A stretch of DNA of 64,000 nt from Synergistales bacterium (GTDB lineage Bacteria; Synergistota; Synergistia; Synergistales; JAFGMB01). Numbering within the stretch: position 1 is the first letter of the stretch; each line of letters opens with the position of its first letter. The translations under genes and the position numbers were made by a program. Positions 49,918 to 59,601 of this stretch are shown in pieces. The DNA is taken from assembly GCA_963666205.1 (NCBI GenBank), contig OY762654.1, positions 2,528,001-2,592,000 of the forward strand, read 5' to 3'. The notes under the pieces were generated by a model. It saw only the letters and a list, made by a program, of their open reading frames with translations, was not told the DNA's origin and did no database searches.

Positions 49918-51587
49918 AGAAACGGGAAATATACCTGTTATTATTCACCTTTGCCTTATCAATGCTGTATCCGGCCATTGCTTTTTCTGCAGGAGAAGGC
50001 ATGGATTCTCCTGTCACAATGGAGGCTGAAAGGATCTCCTATGATCAGGCAACCAATCGAGCCACTGCATCAGGACAAGTTAAAGTCAAATACGAAAACC
50101 TTAGATTCTTTGCTCCGAACCTTGAGATGGACAGTCTTCGGCAGCATCTTTGTGTCACCTCCTCCGAAAAGGAGAAAGTAACCCTTCTGTATGGAAATAA
50201 AAGAATAACAGGAGATAGACTGGAATATGATTTTGGAACAAGAGAAGGAATAATAACCAATGCCAGGGCTTCTTCCCCGCTGGAGAATGGAACTGTATTT
50301 CTACAGGGAAATAAAGTAGAGGTAGTAACAGCAGAAAATGCTCTCAGTAAGGGATGGGTAAGCAGGAAATCATTACAGGCTGTTTCTGATGATGAAATGG
50401 TAGGAAAATGGGAAAACTCCATGGTTACAACATGTCCTCTGACTAATTCCCACTATCGCCTTGAAACCAGAAAACTGGTATTCATTCCTGGCAAAAGGGT
50501 TATCGCAAAATCACCGGAAGTGTTTCTCGGAGAGTCCAGGGTCTTTAAATACCCCTTTGATTATGTCGTAAGGCTTGATGAAAATACCAGGGAAAGCAGT
50601 TTTTTCCCTCTTCTGAATTATACATCTGCTAAAGGCTACGGCCTGGGAATTACGGGGCCCTATGTATGGGATGAAGGTAAAATTGATATAACCCTTCTTT
50701 ACTGGTCCGATATCGAGCTTGAGGGGGCCATCGAAGCCGAGCACAAATTTGATGACCTTACTCTGTTTGCAGGAACCGTATATGAATATGATGAAACCAC
50801 TGGAGAAAAACTGTACAGACCTTCATGGGGTCTGAAGTATTTTGATCAGGGATGGCAGGCCCAGCTTCTCTGGACTCAGAGAGAGTATATTGAAACAGAA
50901 AAACAGGCAGGTTCGAGATTTAAGGGAACTCTCTGGCGAGACCCGGAGGTTACTTTTTCCAGTCCATGGGAAAGAGATAATACTTCTGAGAATTCCTTCT
51001 GGAGAATTTTCGGAACATGGGGAAATTATATAGAAGATTCGCGCTCCACCGATCGCTGGGGCGGTGGTGCTGAGATCTATGGATGGATAAATGGAACAGG
51101 TCTGGTTCCATTCTGGCGGGCCCGTTATTCATATTATGATTATGACAGGGATGATCTTGACCAGAAAATCACCGATGCCGTTCTGGGTCTTAAGTGGACA
51201 TGGGGGAACTCTGATTGGGGCACAGCTTATGTAAGACGCTGGGTTTCCGGCGGGTCACCGATGCTCTGGGATGATTTTTCCTCTGACGAGGTTGAAGAAA
51301 TATATCAGCAGGTGAGTTTCAATATTTCTCCTGTTTGGGGTCTTATGCTTAGAGGAGCATATGATCTGGAAGAAAGCCAACTGGATGAAATGGTGTATAA
51401 AATAACTCTGGATAATCATTGTTGTTTAGGGTGGGAATTTGCATACAGGGACGACAGGGGTAATGACAACGATGATTGGGCAAGTCTTAAACTTGTGATC
51501 AAGGCATTCCCTGATGATCAACTTAAACTGGGAGATCCGGAATTATATGATCCATTTAAAGTTCCCGATGGAATTATGAAAAAATGA
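49914..51587 (+). CDS. LPS-assembly protein LptD/OstA-like
   Basis: MEAERISYD..ATASGQV, GDRLEYD and TTCP...HY; aromatic beta-barrel C-terminus. Confidence 0.78.
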   Translation: MKKREIYLLLFTFALSMLYPAIAFSAGEGMDSPVTMEAERISYDQATNRATASGQVKVKYENLRFFAPNLEMDSLRQHLCVTSSEKEKVTLLYGNKRITGDRLEYDFGTREGIITNARASSPLENGTVFLQGNKVEVVTAENALSKGWVSRKSLQAVSDDEMVGKWENSMVTTCPLTNSHYRLETRKLVFIPGKRVIAKSPEVFLGESRVFKYPFDYVVRLDENTRESSFFPLLNYTSAKGYGLGITGPYVWDEGKIDITLLYWSDIELEGAIEAEHKFDDLTLFAGTVYEYDETTGEKLYRPSWGLKYFDQGWQAQLLWTQREYIETEKQAGSRFKGTLWRDPEVTFSSPWERDNTSENSFWRIFGTWGNYIEDSRSTDRWGGGAEIYGWINGTGLVPFWRARYSYYDYDRDDLDQKITDAVLGLKWTWGNSDWGTAYVRRWVSGGSPMLWDDFSSDEVEEIYQQVSFNISPVWGLMLRGAYDLEESQLDEMVYKITLDNHCCLGWEFAYRDDRGNDNDDWASLKLVIKAFPDDQLKLGDPELYDPFKVPDGIMKK

Positions 51588-51615
51588 GAAGGAAGTTATT
51601 ATCGGCTTCCCCAGT

Positions 51616-51643
51616 AAAGGGACGACTTGCCAGTCGTCCCTTT
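51616..51643. terminator. Bidirectional terminator between convergent genes
   Basis: AAAGGGACGACT-tgcc-AGTCGTCCCTTT. Confidence 0.85.
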
Positions 51644-51658
51644 GGGTATTCGGTTTAG

Positions 51659-52156
51659 TTACATTACTTTGATGTCAAGTATCTTGAGCTTTCGGGTCCC
51701 CTTTGGAACCTTCACGGCGATCTCCTCGTTTACAAGTTTCCCCATCACTGCCTGTCCTACTGGACTTGAGGAGGATATTTTGTTCTGTCGGGGATCAGAT
51801 TCCTCGGATCCGACAATGGTGTAATCAAAGATCTTTGAAGTTTCGATATCCTGGATAGTCACGGTCGTTCCAAGAGTAACTCTGCTGCTGTCGATATTTG
51901 ATGAGTCGATGATCTTTGCTTTGCTGAGCTGGTAGTCCAGCCACTGGATTCGGCTTTCCAGTTTTTCCTGTTCATCTTTGGCGGCGGCATACTCAGCGTT
52001 TTCTGACAGATCACCAAAGGATCGAGCTTCTTCAAGCTGTCGAGAGATCTCTGCTCTGCCTTCGCTTCTGAGCTGGATCAGTTCTGTTTTTAGCTTTTCG
52101 TAGCCGCTTTCGGTGATAAGAACGATATCATTATAGTTCTTGTTTTTTGTGACCAA
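51659..52156 (-). CDS. greA: Transcription elongation factor GreA
   Basis: ARSFGDLSENAEY and ISSSSPVGQA; likely TTG start after a GGGGGG SD. Confidence 0.96.
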   Translation of the reverse strand: MVTKNKNYNDIVLITESGYEKLKTELIQLRSEGRAEISRQLEEARSFGDLSENAEYAAAKDEQEKLESRIQWLDYQLSKAKIIDSSNIDSSRVTLGTTVTIQDIETSKIFDYTIVGSEESDPRQNKISSSSPVGQAVMGKLVNEEIAVKVPKGTRKLKILDIKVM

Positions 52157-52201
52157 ACTTTTCAACCCCCCGGAGGTAATCATGAATGTCTGTGAAATGG
52201 A

Positions 52202-52230
52202 ATTCTAGCAGAGATTGTCAAGGCAGGCAA
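52202..52230 (-). promoter_or_regulatory. Sigma70-type promoter of greA
   Basis: Minus strand TTGCCT-17bp-TAGAAT with TGn extension. Confidence 0.65.
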
Positions 52231-52336
52231 GAATTTAGATGTATATCGACAGAATATTAAAAGAAAAAGGACAGTAAAACTTGACAATATCTCAATTCCG
52301 TAAAATTATATCAAACCTTTCGAGGGAGGTGTAACT

Positions 52337-54064
52337 TTGGCTGGAAATAGCAAAAGTTCCAGAAGTGGTAAAAATAGATTTCCAAGGGCCCGTCAGGGAA
52401 CGTTGAGGTTTATTCCCCTTGGTGGTCTGGGTGAAATCGGAAAGAATATGTTTGTCCTCGAATATGGGGATGATATCCTCGTAGTAGACTGCGGATTGAT
52501 GTTCCCCGATGAGCAGATGCTGGGAATAGACTTTGTGATCCCGGACATTACCTATCTGCAGGATAACAAAAGTAGAATAAAGGGCATCATTATTACCCAT
52601 GGACATGAAGATCATATCGGGGCACTTCCCTTTGTACTGCCCAAACTCGATGTGCCTGTTTATGGGACGCGTCTTACAATGGGAATGGTAAAAAAGAAAA
52701 TGGACGATTCTGCATCCGGATATTCTCCGGATATGAGGGAAGTAGTTACAGGTGAAACGGTCTCCATAGGGTTGTTCAGTGTCAAGTTCTTTGCTGTATG
52801 CCATTCTATTCCTGATGGTGTTGGTCTCAGGATCGAAACGCCGTTGGGTCTTGTTATGCACACAGGTGATATAAAACTTGATCCGACACCCATAGATGGC
52901 AGGTTGACGGATTATGCTGTCTTTGCAGAAGCTGGAGAAAAGGGTGTCCTTCTGATGCTTTCCGACTCAACGAATGTGGAGAGAAAGGGTTTCACTCCTT
53001 CGGAGAAAATTGTGGGGGCTACAGTGGACAATCTTTTCAGGCTTAACCGTACCCGGAGGATCATTATTGCTGCTTTTGCAAGTAACCTCCATAGGGTTCA
53101 GCAGGTTATCAATACAGCTGCCAGATTCAACCGTAAGATAGCCTTTCTGGGAAGAAGTATGGTTGCGAATGTGGAACTTGCAAAGGATCTGGGCTATCTG
53201 GATGTGGATGATCGAATGGTAATATCCCCTGGTGAAGCAGAAAACCTCCCTCCAAATAAAGTTGTTGTCATGACCACGGGGAGTCAGGGAGAACCCTTTT
53301 CCGGACTTGTTCTCATGAGTATGGGGCAACATAAACATATTAATCTCGGACCTAAAGATCTGGTAGCTGTTTTTGCCACTCCCATTCCTGGAAACGAGCG
53401 CCTGGTAAGCAATACGATAAATCGTCTTTTTGCCTGCGGATGTGATGTTGTTTACGAAAAGGACCGGGAGATCCATGTTTCCGGACATGCCTCGAGAGAG
53501 GAACTGAAAATGCTTCTGAACATGGTAAGACCCAAATACTTCGTTCCTGTCCACGGAGAATACCGCCACCTTGTAAGACATTCCCAGCTTGCACAGGAAG
53601 TTGGAATCCCTGCAAGAGATACTTTTGTTCTTGAAAAGGGAGATGTCCTTTCTATTACGAAAAGACAGGCCAGAGTACAGTCCAGGGTCCAGGCGGGAGG
53701 GATTCTCGTTGATGGGATAGCCCTTGGAGAACTTGAGGGAAGTGCCATGAGTGAAAGACGGGACCTTTCAGAAGAGGGTATGGTTGCAATATCAATATGT
53801 ATAAATCAGAAAGGGAGTCTCATCGCTGAACCCATGTTTGAGAGCAAGGGATTCATTCATATGGAGGAGGCTTCTGTCCTTAAATCCGAGATGACGGCCA
53901 TGGTAAAAAAAGTGACCAGAGAATTTTCAAACAAAAAAACTTATGATCTTGATACCCTGAAGAATCGCTTGAGGACAGGAGGAAGGGAAGTGATAAGAAA
54001 ATACAGTACATCTAAACCAATTATCATTCCCCTTATTACGATCATTACCTCAGGGCAGGTATAG
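52337..54064 (+). CDS. rnj: Ribonuclease J
   Basis: PLGGLGEIGKNM, THGHEDHIG, HSIPD, GSQGEP, HVSGH and PVHGE. Confidence 0.97.
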   Translation: MAGNSKSSRSGKNRFPRARQGTLRFIPLGGLGEIGKNMFVLEYGDDILVVDCGLMFPDEQMLGIDFVIPDITYLQDNKSRIKGIIITHGHEDHIGALPFVLPKLDVPVYGTRLTMGMVKKKMDDSASGYSPDMREVVTGETVSIGLFSVKFFAVCHSIPDGVGLRIETPLGLVMHTGDIKLDPTPIDGRLTDYAVFAEAGEKGVLLMLSDSTNVERKGFTPSEKIVGATVDNLFRLNRTRRIIIAAFASNLHRVQQVINTAARFNRKIAFLGRSMVANVELAKDLGYLDVDDRMVISPGEAENLPPNKVVVMTTGSQGEPFSGLVLMSMGQHKHINLGPKDLVAVFATPIPGNERLVSNTINRLFACGCDVVYEKDREIHVSGHASREELKMLLNMVRPKYFVPVHGEYRHLVRHSQLAQEVGIPARDTFVLEKGDVLSITKRQARVQSRVQAGGILVDGIALGELEGSAMSERRDLSEEGMVAISICINQKGSLIAEPMFESKGFIHMEEASVLKSEMTAMVKKVTREFSNKKTYDLDTLKNRLRTGGREVIRKYSTSKPIIIPLITIITSGQV

Positions 54065-54146
54065 TTATATCGGCTGGTTCCATGAATATTTCTGTGCCTC
54101 AATCGGTAATACTTTTTCTACCTTAAATTAGCTGGGAGTAAAATAT

Positions 54147-54959
54147 ATGATAAATTCATTGATCCTTGGTGTGATACAGGGGCTGACCGAATTCCTTCCT
54201 GTGAGCAGTTCTGGTCATCTGGCCCTCTCCCAGATGATCCTGGGCTGGCCTGAAGCCCCACTTGTATTTGACGTAATTCTCCATTTTGCTACTATGCTGG
54301 CAACACTGGTTTTTTTCTGGAATGATATCTGTAAATTATTTTCAGAGTGGTCCCATGGTCTCTTCAACGGAAATGCACGTAAAGAAGAAGGATGGATCTA
54401 TGGTTGGTCTATCATTGGCGGTACCCTCTTGACAGTTGCTGTTGCACTGATTCTGAAGCCTGCCGTTGAATTCTGGATGACATCATTTATGCTGGTGGGA
54501 ATATCCCTATTGTTCACTTCAACTATTCTTTGGTTTGCATCTCTTATTTCTCCTGGAACTGGAAAGATCTCCCTCAAAAAAGGATTTTACCTTGGGATTG
54601 CTCAGGGCATCGCCGTTATTCCAGGAGTATCCCGATCAGGTCTTACCATAGTGTCTGGGTTAAAACTGGGACTTGATCCAGAAGGAGCATTCAGATTCTC
54701 TTTTTTACTGTCTCTGCCGGCTATTCTTGGAGCTAATATTCTGGAGATAGCTGACCTGTCTCTTGAATCAACGGGTTCCTTTCTGAACTACATGCCCGAT
54801 GGCTGGATCCTTGGGTTTTTCTCTGCCTTTATCTCTGGTTATTTCGCATTGATAGTGTTCAGGAAAATGGTGACCCTGGGGAAATGGAAAATATTCTCTA
54901 TATACTGTGCCCTTACAGGAACAGTATCTATCATTTTTTCTTTATGGGGAGGTAGATGA
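54147..54959 (+). CDS. uppP: Undecaprenyl-diphosphate phosphatase
   Basis: QGLTEFLPVSSSGH and PGVSRSG. Confidence 0.96.
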   Translation: MINSLILGVIQGLTEFLPVSSSGHLALSQMILGWPEAPLVFDVILHFATMLATLVFFWNDICKLFSEWSHGLFNGNARKEEGWIYGWSIIGGTLLTVAVALILKPAVEFWMTSFMLVGISLLFTSTILWFASLISPGTGKISLKKGFYLGIAQGIAVIPGVSRSGLTIVSGLKLGLDPEGAFRFSFLLSLPAILGANILEIADLSLESTGSFLNYMPDGWILGFFSAFISGYFALIVFRKMVTLGKWKIFSIYCALTGTVSIIFSLWGGR

Positions 54960-55210
54960 TACTGGCTATACTATCAGGAAGCAGAAAGAAATGGTGGCTC
55001 CTTGTCCTGATCGTTATTCTCGGTACTTTACTTGGAATTTACCTCAGGAGGTTCAGTATTACTGAACCATACTTCAGAAACTTCTTTTCCCCTGGTTTTA
55101 ATATAGGTGAAGTGGACCTTGCAGTTGCCGATTTTGCCATCAGGTTTTACTTCCACTGTAATCTGGGCACCATAGTTGGAGGGATCCTGGGAATATGGAT
55201 AATACTTTAA
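54956..55210 (+). CDS. Small membrane protein (DUF4321-like)
   Basis: Two hydrophobic segments; coupled between uppP and maf. Confidence 0.65.
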   Translation: MILAILSGSRKKWWLLVLIVILGTLLGIYLRRFSITEPYFRNFFSPGFNIGEVDLAVADFAIRFYFHCNLGTIVGGILGIWIIL

Positions 55211-55812
55211 GAAACGCTGAAAACTTTCCTGAAATAATACTTGCTTCAGGAAGTCCCAGGCGCAGAGAACTACTTCGTTCTCTAGGGTGGAAATTTAGAG
55301 TTATAGTACCTGAGATCGATGAAAGTATTGGAAAGGAATCTCCTCTGCAAGCTGTAGAAAGACTTGCTATGGAAAAGGCGCGTGCAGTTTCCGGGCTGTT
55401 CCATGAGGATCTTGTGATCGCGGCAGACACCATAGTCGTTATTGAGGGTCGGATCCTGGGAAAACCGGAGAACAGCTCTCAAGCCATTGAGATGCTCAGT
55501 ATGCTTAATAACAGGACCCATGAAGTAATAACCGGACTGGCGGTATGTTGGGGAAATTCCCGATCGGTTTCGTCGGAGATAACGAAAGTTTCTTTTCGAA
55601 AAATGAATACTGGAGATCTTTCTACCTATGTTTCAACAGGTGAGGGATTAGATAAAGCCGGAGCCTACGCCATACAGGGAAGAGGATCTCTCCTTGTAAA
55701 GAATATTTCCGGCTGTTACTTCAATGTAGTTGGTCTACCCCTCTTCAGATTGAGTAAGATAATGGAGGATATGGGCCTTAGTCTTTCCATTCAGTGGAGG
55801 GAAATACCATGA
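55195..55812 (+). CDS. maf: Maf nucleoside triphosphate pyrophosphatase
   Basis: ILASGSPRRRELL, AADTIV, DKAGAYAIQG and NVVGLP. Confidence 0.96.
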   Translation: MDNTLRNAENFPEIILASGSPRRRELLRSLGWKFRVIVPEIDESIGKESPLQAVERLAMEKARAVSGLFHEDLVIAADTIVVIEGRILGKPENSSQAIEMLSMLNNRTHEVITGLAVCWGNSRSVSSEITKVSFRKMNTGDLSTYVSTGEGLDKAGAYAIQGRGSLLVKNISGCYFNVVGLPLFRLSKIMEDMGLSLSIQWREIP

Positions 55813-57722
55813 AGATCAGCAGACATAAAATATATGTTGTTACTCTTGTTTTTATCCTTCTGTTGTCCGGTTATGCCCTTGTTCCGCGCTGGCAGACGGA
55901 GCAGAATAACCGATCTGCTGCCATTGTTATGGATCAACAGGATCTGACCTGGATAGCGGAGCAGAGCTCTGAAACACTGGATTTTGTCAAGGATCAGTAT
56001 GTCGCGAGTGGGCTTGTTGCTCTTATGATAAGGGAGTTTACCGGTGAGAATCTGGATAAGGGAGGTCTCCCCGTTCAGTATGGCAGCCTGGCTTCCGGTA
56101 GCGAGTATAGCTCCTATTTTGCCCCTGAAAAGGTAACAAGAGCTCTCCTTGTCATTCCGTCAGAATGGTGGGCTTCAGAAATGGCAGATAATTATCTGAT
56201 GAAGAAAATGCCCGGAACTGAAAAAGTCAGATTACAGGATCGAAATTTGTATCTTTTTCCTGCCACATGCACAGATCTGGAACTTTCGGGGATTCTTCCG
56301 GACTTTGATGGATTGGAATTTGCCCGTAAGGCAGTTCTTCCGGTTATCTACCGTCCTGCCCCATCTCCAGGGATTAGCGAGAACAACATTGTCCAGGCAC
56401 TTGAGCTGGTACTCGATGAATTTCCGGGGATCAAGGGTATTGCTCCTTCCGGAGAAGTGGTATCTTCTTACCCAAGACTGAAGAAATTGGCAGAAATCAT
56501 TAAAACGAGAGGACTTGCCCTTGCCCAGGTCGAATTTTCCAGACAGATAGGAGCCGTTCAACTGAACTGGATGGTCTATCCCAATATTCTTCCATTGCAT
56601 AGCGTGACCGATGATGAGATCCTTTCAAGAAGAATCTCAAGACAGGTTCTTTTTGAAAGGATGCTCAGGGCAGCCAGGGAAAGATCAGTCAGACTTCTCG
56701 TTATGAGACCTTCCCGACTAAGCAGCGTGGACTCCCTTCTGGACGATTTTGGCGCTGAACTTTCAAGACTTTCCAATGCCCTTGTAAGTAACGGTATATC
56801 ATCTCAATGGCCTGAACATGGAATGGAAGGTAGACGATCCTTACCGGGAACTCTGGCATTCGTACTGCTATTTCTGCTGGTATTCTTTTCACAGAAAAAC
56901 CGACTTTTTTCAAGGACAGTTTCTGTCGGGTATTTTGAGCTTGGATTATTTGTAATTCTTATTCCGGTACTTGTTCTTATTCTATTGAAAATTTCTTTCG
57001 CAGGGAGACTGGCTGGAGCATTAGGGGCAGGTCTCCTGGCTTCTGAAGCATCCCTTCTGGCCCTGGATGGGTGGAAGAAACCCATATTGGGTATTCTGGG
57101 GGGATTCTTTGTTGCAATAATAGGAGGGCTTGCCATTGCTGCTTTTTTCAGTACGCCCTTTTACATGTTGAGATTGAGAAGCTTCTCAGGTGTAAAATTG
57201 ACCCTCTTGCTTCCCCTTGTTCTGGTCCTGTTCCATGACCTCAAAAAAAGAGTGCATCCTGAAAGTCTTGGTCAGATACTCAAAAGGCCTCCTCTCTGGG
57301 GTGAACTTCTCCTCATTGGGATATTACTTTTAGCTGCAGCCCTGGTTCTTTTCAGGAGCGGAAATGTACAGTTCGTATCTGGCTGGGAAATCAAATTCAG
57401 GGATATGCTTGAAAGGTTGCTTGTTGCCAGACCAAGGAATAAGGAAATCTTTGCTGGTTATCCATGCCTGTTGCTATGGTACCTTTTCAGGAGAAAAGAC
57501 TTGTGGAAAAATTACAGGGAGATCCTGAGGCTTGGATCTACCCTTGGATTTTCGTCTGTAGTTAATAGTTTCTGCCATTTTCACACCAGATTGTATTTTA
57601 TTCTTCTCAGAGAATTTAACGGTTTGTGGACGGGTATGGTCACAGGTCTGATGGCAATAGCTATCTTTTTACTGATACTGTTACCTTTATGGAAACGTTT
57701 CAGGGGAGTGATACTTGATTGA
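55809..57722 (+). CDS. DUF5693-like multi-pass membrane protein (csaB-associated)
   Basis: RAARERSVR, FSGVK, RPRNKE and VNSFCHFH; large periplasmic domain plus many TMs; directly upstream of csaB. Confidence 0.8.
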   Translation: MKISRHKIYVVTLVFILLLSGYALVPRWQTEQNNRSAAIVMDQQDLTWIAEQSSETLDFVKDQYVASGLVALMIREFTGENLDKGGLPVQYGSLASGSEYSSYFAPEKVTRALLVIPSEWWASEMADNYLMKKMPGTEKVRLQDRNLYLFPATCTDLELSGILPDFDGLEFARKAVLPVIYRPAPSPGISENNIVQALELVLDEFPGIKGIAPSGEVVSSYPRLKKLAEIIKTRGLALAQVEFSRQIGAVQLNWMVYPNILPLHSVTDDEILSRRISRQVLFERMLRAARERSVRLLVMRPSRLSSVDSLLDDFGAELSRLSNALVSNGISSQWPEHGMEGRRSLPGTLAFVLLFLLVFFSQKNRLFSRTVSVGYFELGLFVILIPVLVLILLKISFAGRLAGALGAGLLASEASLLALDGWKKPILGILGGFFVAIIGGLAIAAFFSTPFYMLRLRSFSGVKLTLLLPLVLVLFHDLKKRVHPESLGQILKRPPLWGELLLIGILLLAAALVLFRSGNVQFVSGWEIKFRDMLERLLVARPRNKEIFAGYPCLLLWYLFRRKDLWKNYREILRLGSTLGFSSVVNSFCHFHTRLYFILLREFNGLWTGMVTGLMAIAIFLLILLPLWKRFRGVILD

Positions 57723-58741
57723 CATATGAGTTTGAAGCTGTTCTGTGCGGGTATTATGGATTTGCGAATCTGGGAGATGAGCTTCTTGCACAGGAGATGC
57801 TTTCCCTGTATGAAAAAAACTGCATTTCAAGAGAGAGGATCGCGATCCTTTCTGCAGATCCTGAAAAAAGTTCTGCAGATCTGGGAATCCATTCTGTTAA
57901 TAGATGGGATGTCCTGGATGTCTGGAAGCTGCTTCGGAAGAGCAGGACTCTCCTTCTTGGAGGAGGAGGTCTTTTTCAGGACAGCACCAGTATAAGATCC
58001 TGCTTCTATTACTGGGGAGTTATCCGGATGGCTCTTCTTGCCGGCTGCAGGATCTGGATGTTCGGCCAATCTATTGGTCCCTTGAACAGCAGGCTTGCCA
58101 GATTTCTTGCCAGGGATGCTATTGGAAGATGCAAAGTCAGGGTGGTTCGTGATAGCCCTTCTATTGATATACTTTCTGAATGGGGACAGCATGCTCAAAT
58201 GGTCCCTGACCCGGTACTTGGCCTGGCCATTAATAGAACTGAAATTTCCGAGGGTAGATATCTTCTTGTGAACATAAGACCATGGGTCGATCCAGATATT
58301 CCAGAAAGGGTTCTTTCATGTGCCCTGGAAATATCCTCCAGAGAGGGGATACCTCTTCGTATCGTAGCCATGGCTCCTGAAGATGAAAAACTAGCACAGC
58401 ATTATATTTCGATGAAAGGTATTCAGAATATGAAGATCGAAAGTGCCTGGGACTTGAAGGATGTCTCCAGGATATGGAAAGGAGCAAAATTCGCTTTTGG
58501 AATGAGACTCCATTTTTGTATCCTGTCCCGTTTAAATGGTATCCCATGTCTTGCTGTCCCATATGACCCCAAAGTAGAAGGTTTTTGTTCTTCCCACGCC
58601 ATGTCAATGTGGGATATGCAGAACTATCCGGATCTGAAAACCTTGCAGGGAGAGCCTTCTCAAGGTATGCTCTTTGCTGAGAGTAGAGCAATAGAAGAGA
58701 TTTTTTCCAGATCTCTGAAGGAGGTTGGGGATCTCCAATGA
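57719..58741 (+). CDS. csaB: Polysaccharide pyruvyl transferase CsaB
   Basis: GYYGFANLGDE, GGGGLFQDSTS, QSIGP, VRD, GMRLH and YDPKV. Confidence 0.92.
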   Translation: MTYEFEAVLCGYYGFANLGDELLAQEMLSLYEKNCISRERIAILSADPEKSSADLGIHSVNRWDVLDVWKLLRKSRTLLLGGGGLFQDSTSIRSCFYYWGVIRMALLAGCRIWMFGQSIGPLNSRLARFLARDAIGRCKVRVVRDSPSIDILSEWGQHAQMVPDPVLGLAINRTEISEGRYLLVNIRPWVDPDIPERVLSCALEISSREGIPLRIVAMAPEDEKLAQHYISMKGIQNMKIESAWDLKDVSRIWKGAKFAFGMRLHFCILSRLNGIPCLAVPYDPKVEGFCSSHAMSMWDMQNYPDLKTLQGEPSQGMLFAESRAIEEIFSRSLKEVGDLQ

Positions 58742-59601
58742 TCGACGATAAAATGAATAAACGGTTGCAGCTTATTGCTGCTACTGTCCGTAAGGATGTG
58801 GTAAGGATGATAGGTCTTGCAAGGGCCGGGTATGTTGCTTCGTCCCTGTCAATTGTGGATATCCTGACAGTCCTTTACTGGTGTGAAATGAAAATCTTTC
58901 CGGAGGAACCGCATTGTCCCTCACGAGACAGGTTTGTGCTTGGAAAGGGGCACGGTTGTCCGGCCCTTTATTCAGTTCTTGCTCACAGGGGTTTTTTTGG
59001 CAGGGAAGAGCTTTGGAATTACTGTAAACTTGGAGCTATGCTTCAGGGACACCCGGAGGGTGGAAGAACGCCAGGAGTTGATTCTTCTTCCGGTTCCTGC
59101 GGTACGGCTCCTGGAATTGCTGCAGGGATGGCTCTTTCCCTCAAGAAAGAGAAAAACCCACCCAGAGTGTATTGTCTCATTGGTGATGGAGAGCTACAGG
59201 AGGGATCAACATGGGAGTCAATCCTTCTTGCTGCTCATTTCTGCCTTGATAATCTGGTCCTTATAGTAGACAGGAACCATTTCCAGATGGATGGGACTGT
59301 TGAATCGATAATGTCCATTGAACCCCTTGATGCAAAATTCAGTTCCTTTGGATGGAAAGTATTTCATTCAGATGGACATGATGTTAGCAGTTTTTCTGAT
59401 TCCCTTGTAAAAGCGGGGGAAAACAAGAACTCGCCTTCTGTAATAATTTCCGAAACCCGACTTGGTAAGGGAGTTTCCTTTATCGAAGAAGCCATGAACA
59501 AGGGAAACAGTATAATTCTCTCAAGGGAAAAGATAGACCTTGCACTGAAAGAGATTTCCCGGGCTGCTGGAGAAGTTGATGGTATTCCCAATGCAGAATG
59601 A
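58738..59601 (+). CDS. Transketolase-like protein, N-terminal (ThDP-binding) subunit, atypical active site
   Basis: RDRFVLGKGH, LQGHP and GDGELQEG..N motifs. Confidence 0.9.
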   Translation: MIDDKMNKRLQLIAATVRKDVVRMIGLARAGYVASSLSIVDILTVLYWCEMKIFPEEPHCPSRDRFVLGKGHGCPALYSVLAHRGFFGREELWNYCKLGAMLQGHPEGGRTPGVDSSSGSCGTAPGIAAGMALSLKKEKNPPRVYCLIGDGELQEGSTWESILLAAHFCLDNLVLIVDRNHFQMDGTVESIMSIEPLDAKFSSFGWKVFHSDGHDVSSFSDSLVKAGENKNSPSVIISETRLGKGVSFIEEAMNKGNSIILSREKIDLALKEISRAAGEVDGIPNAE

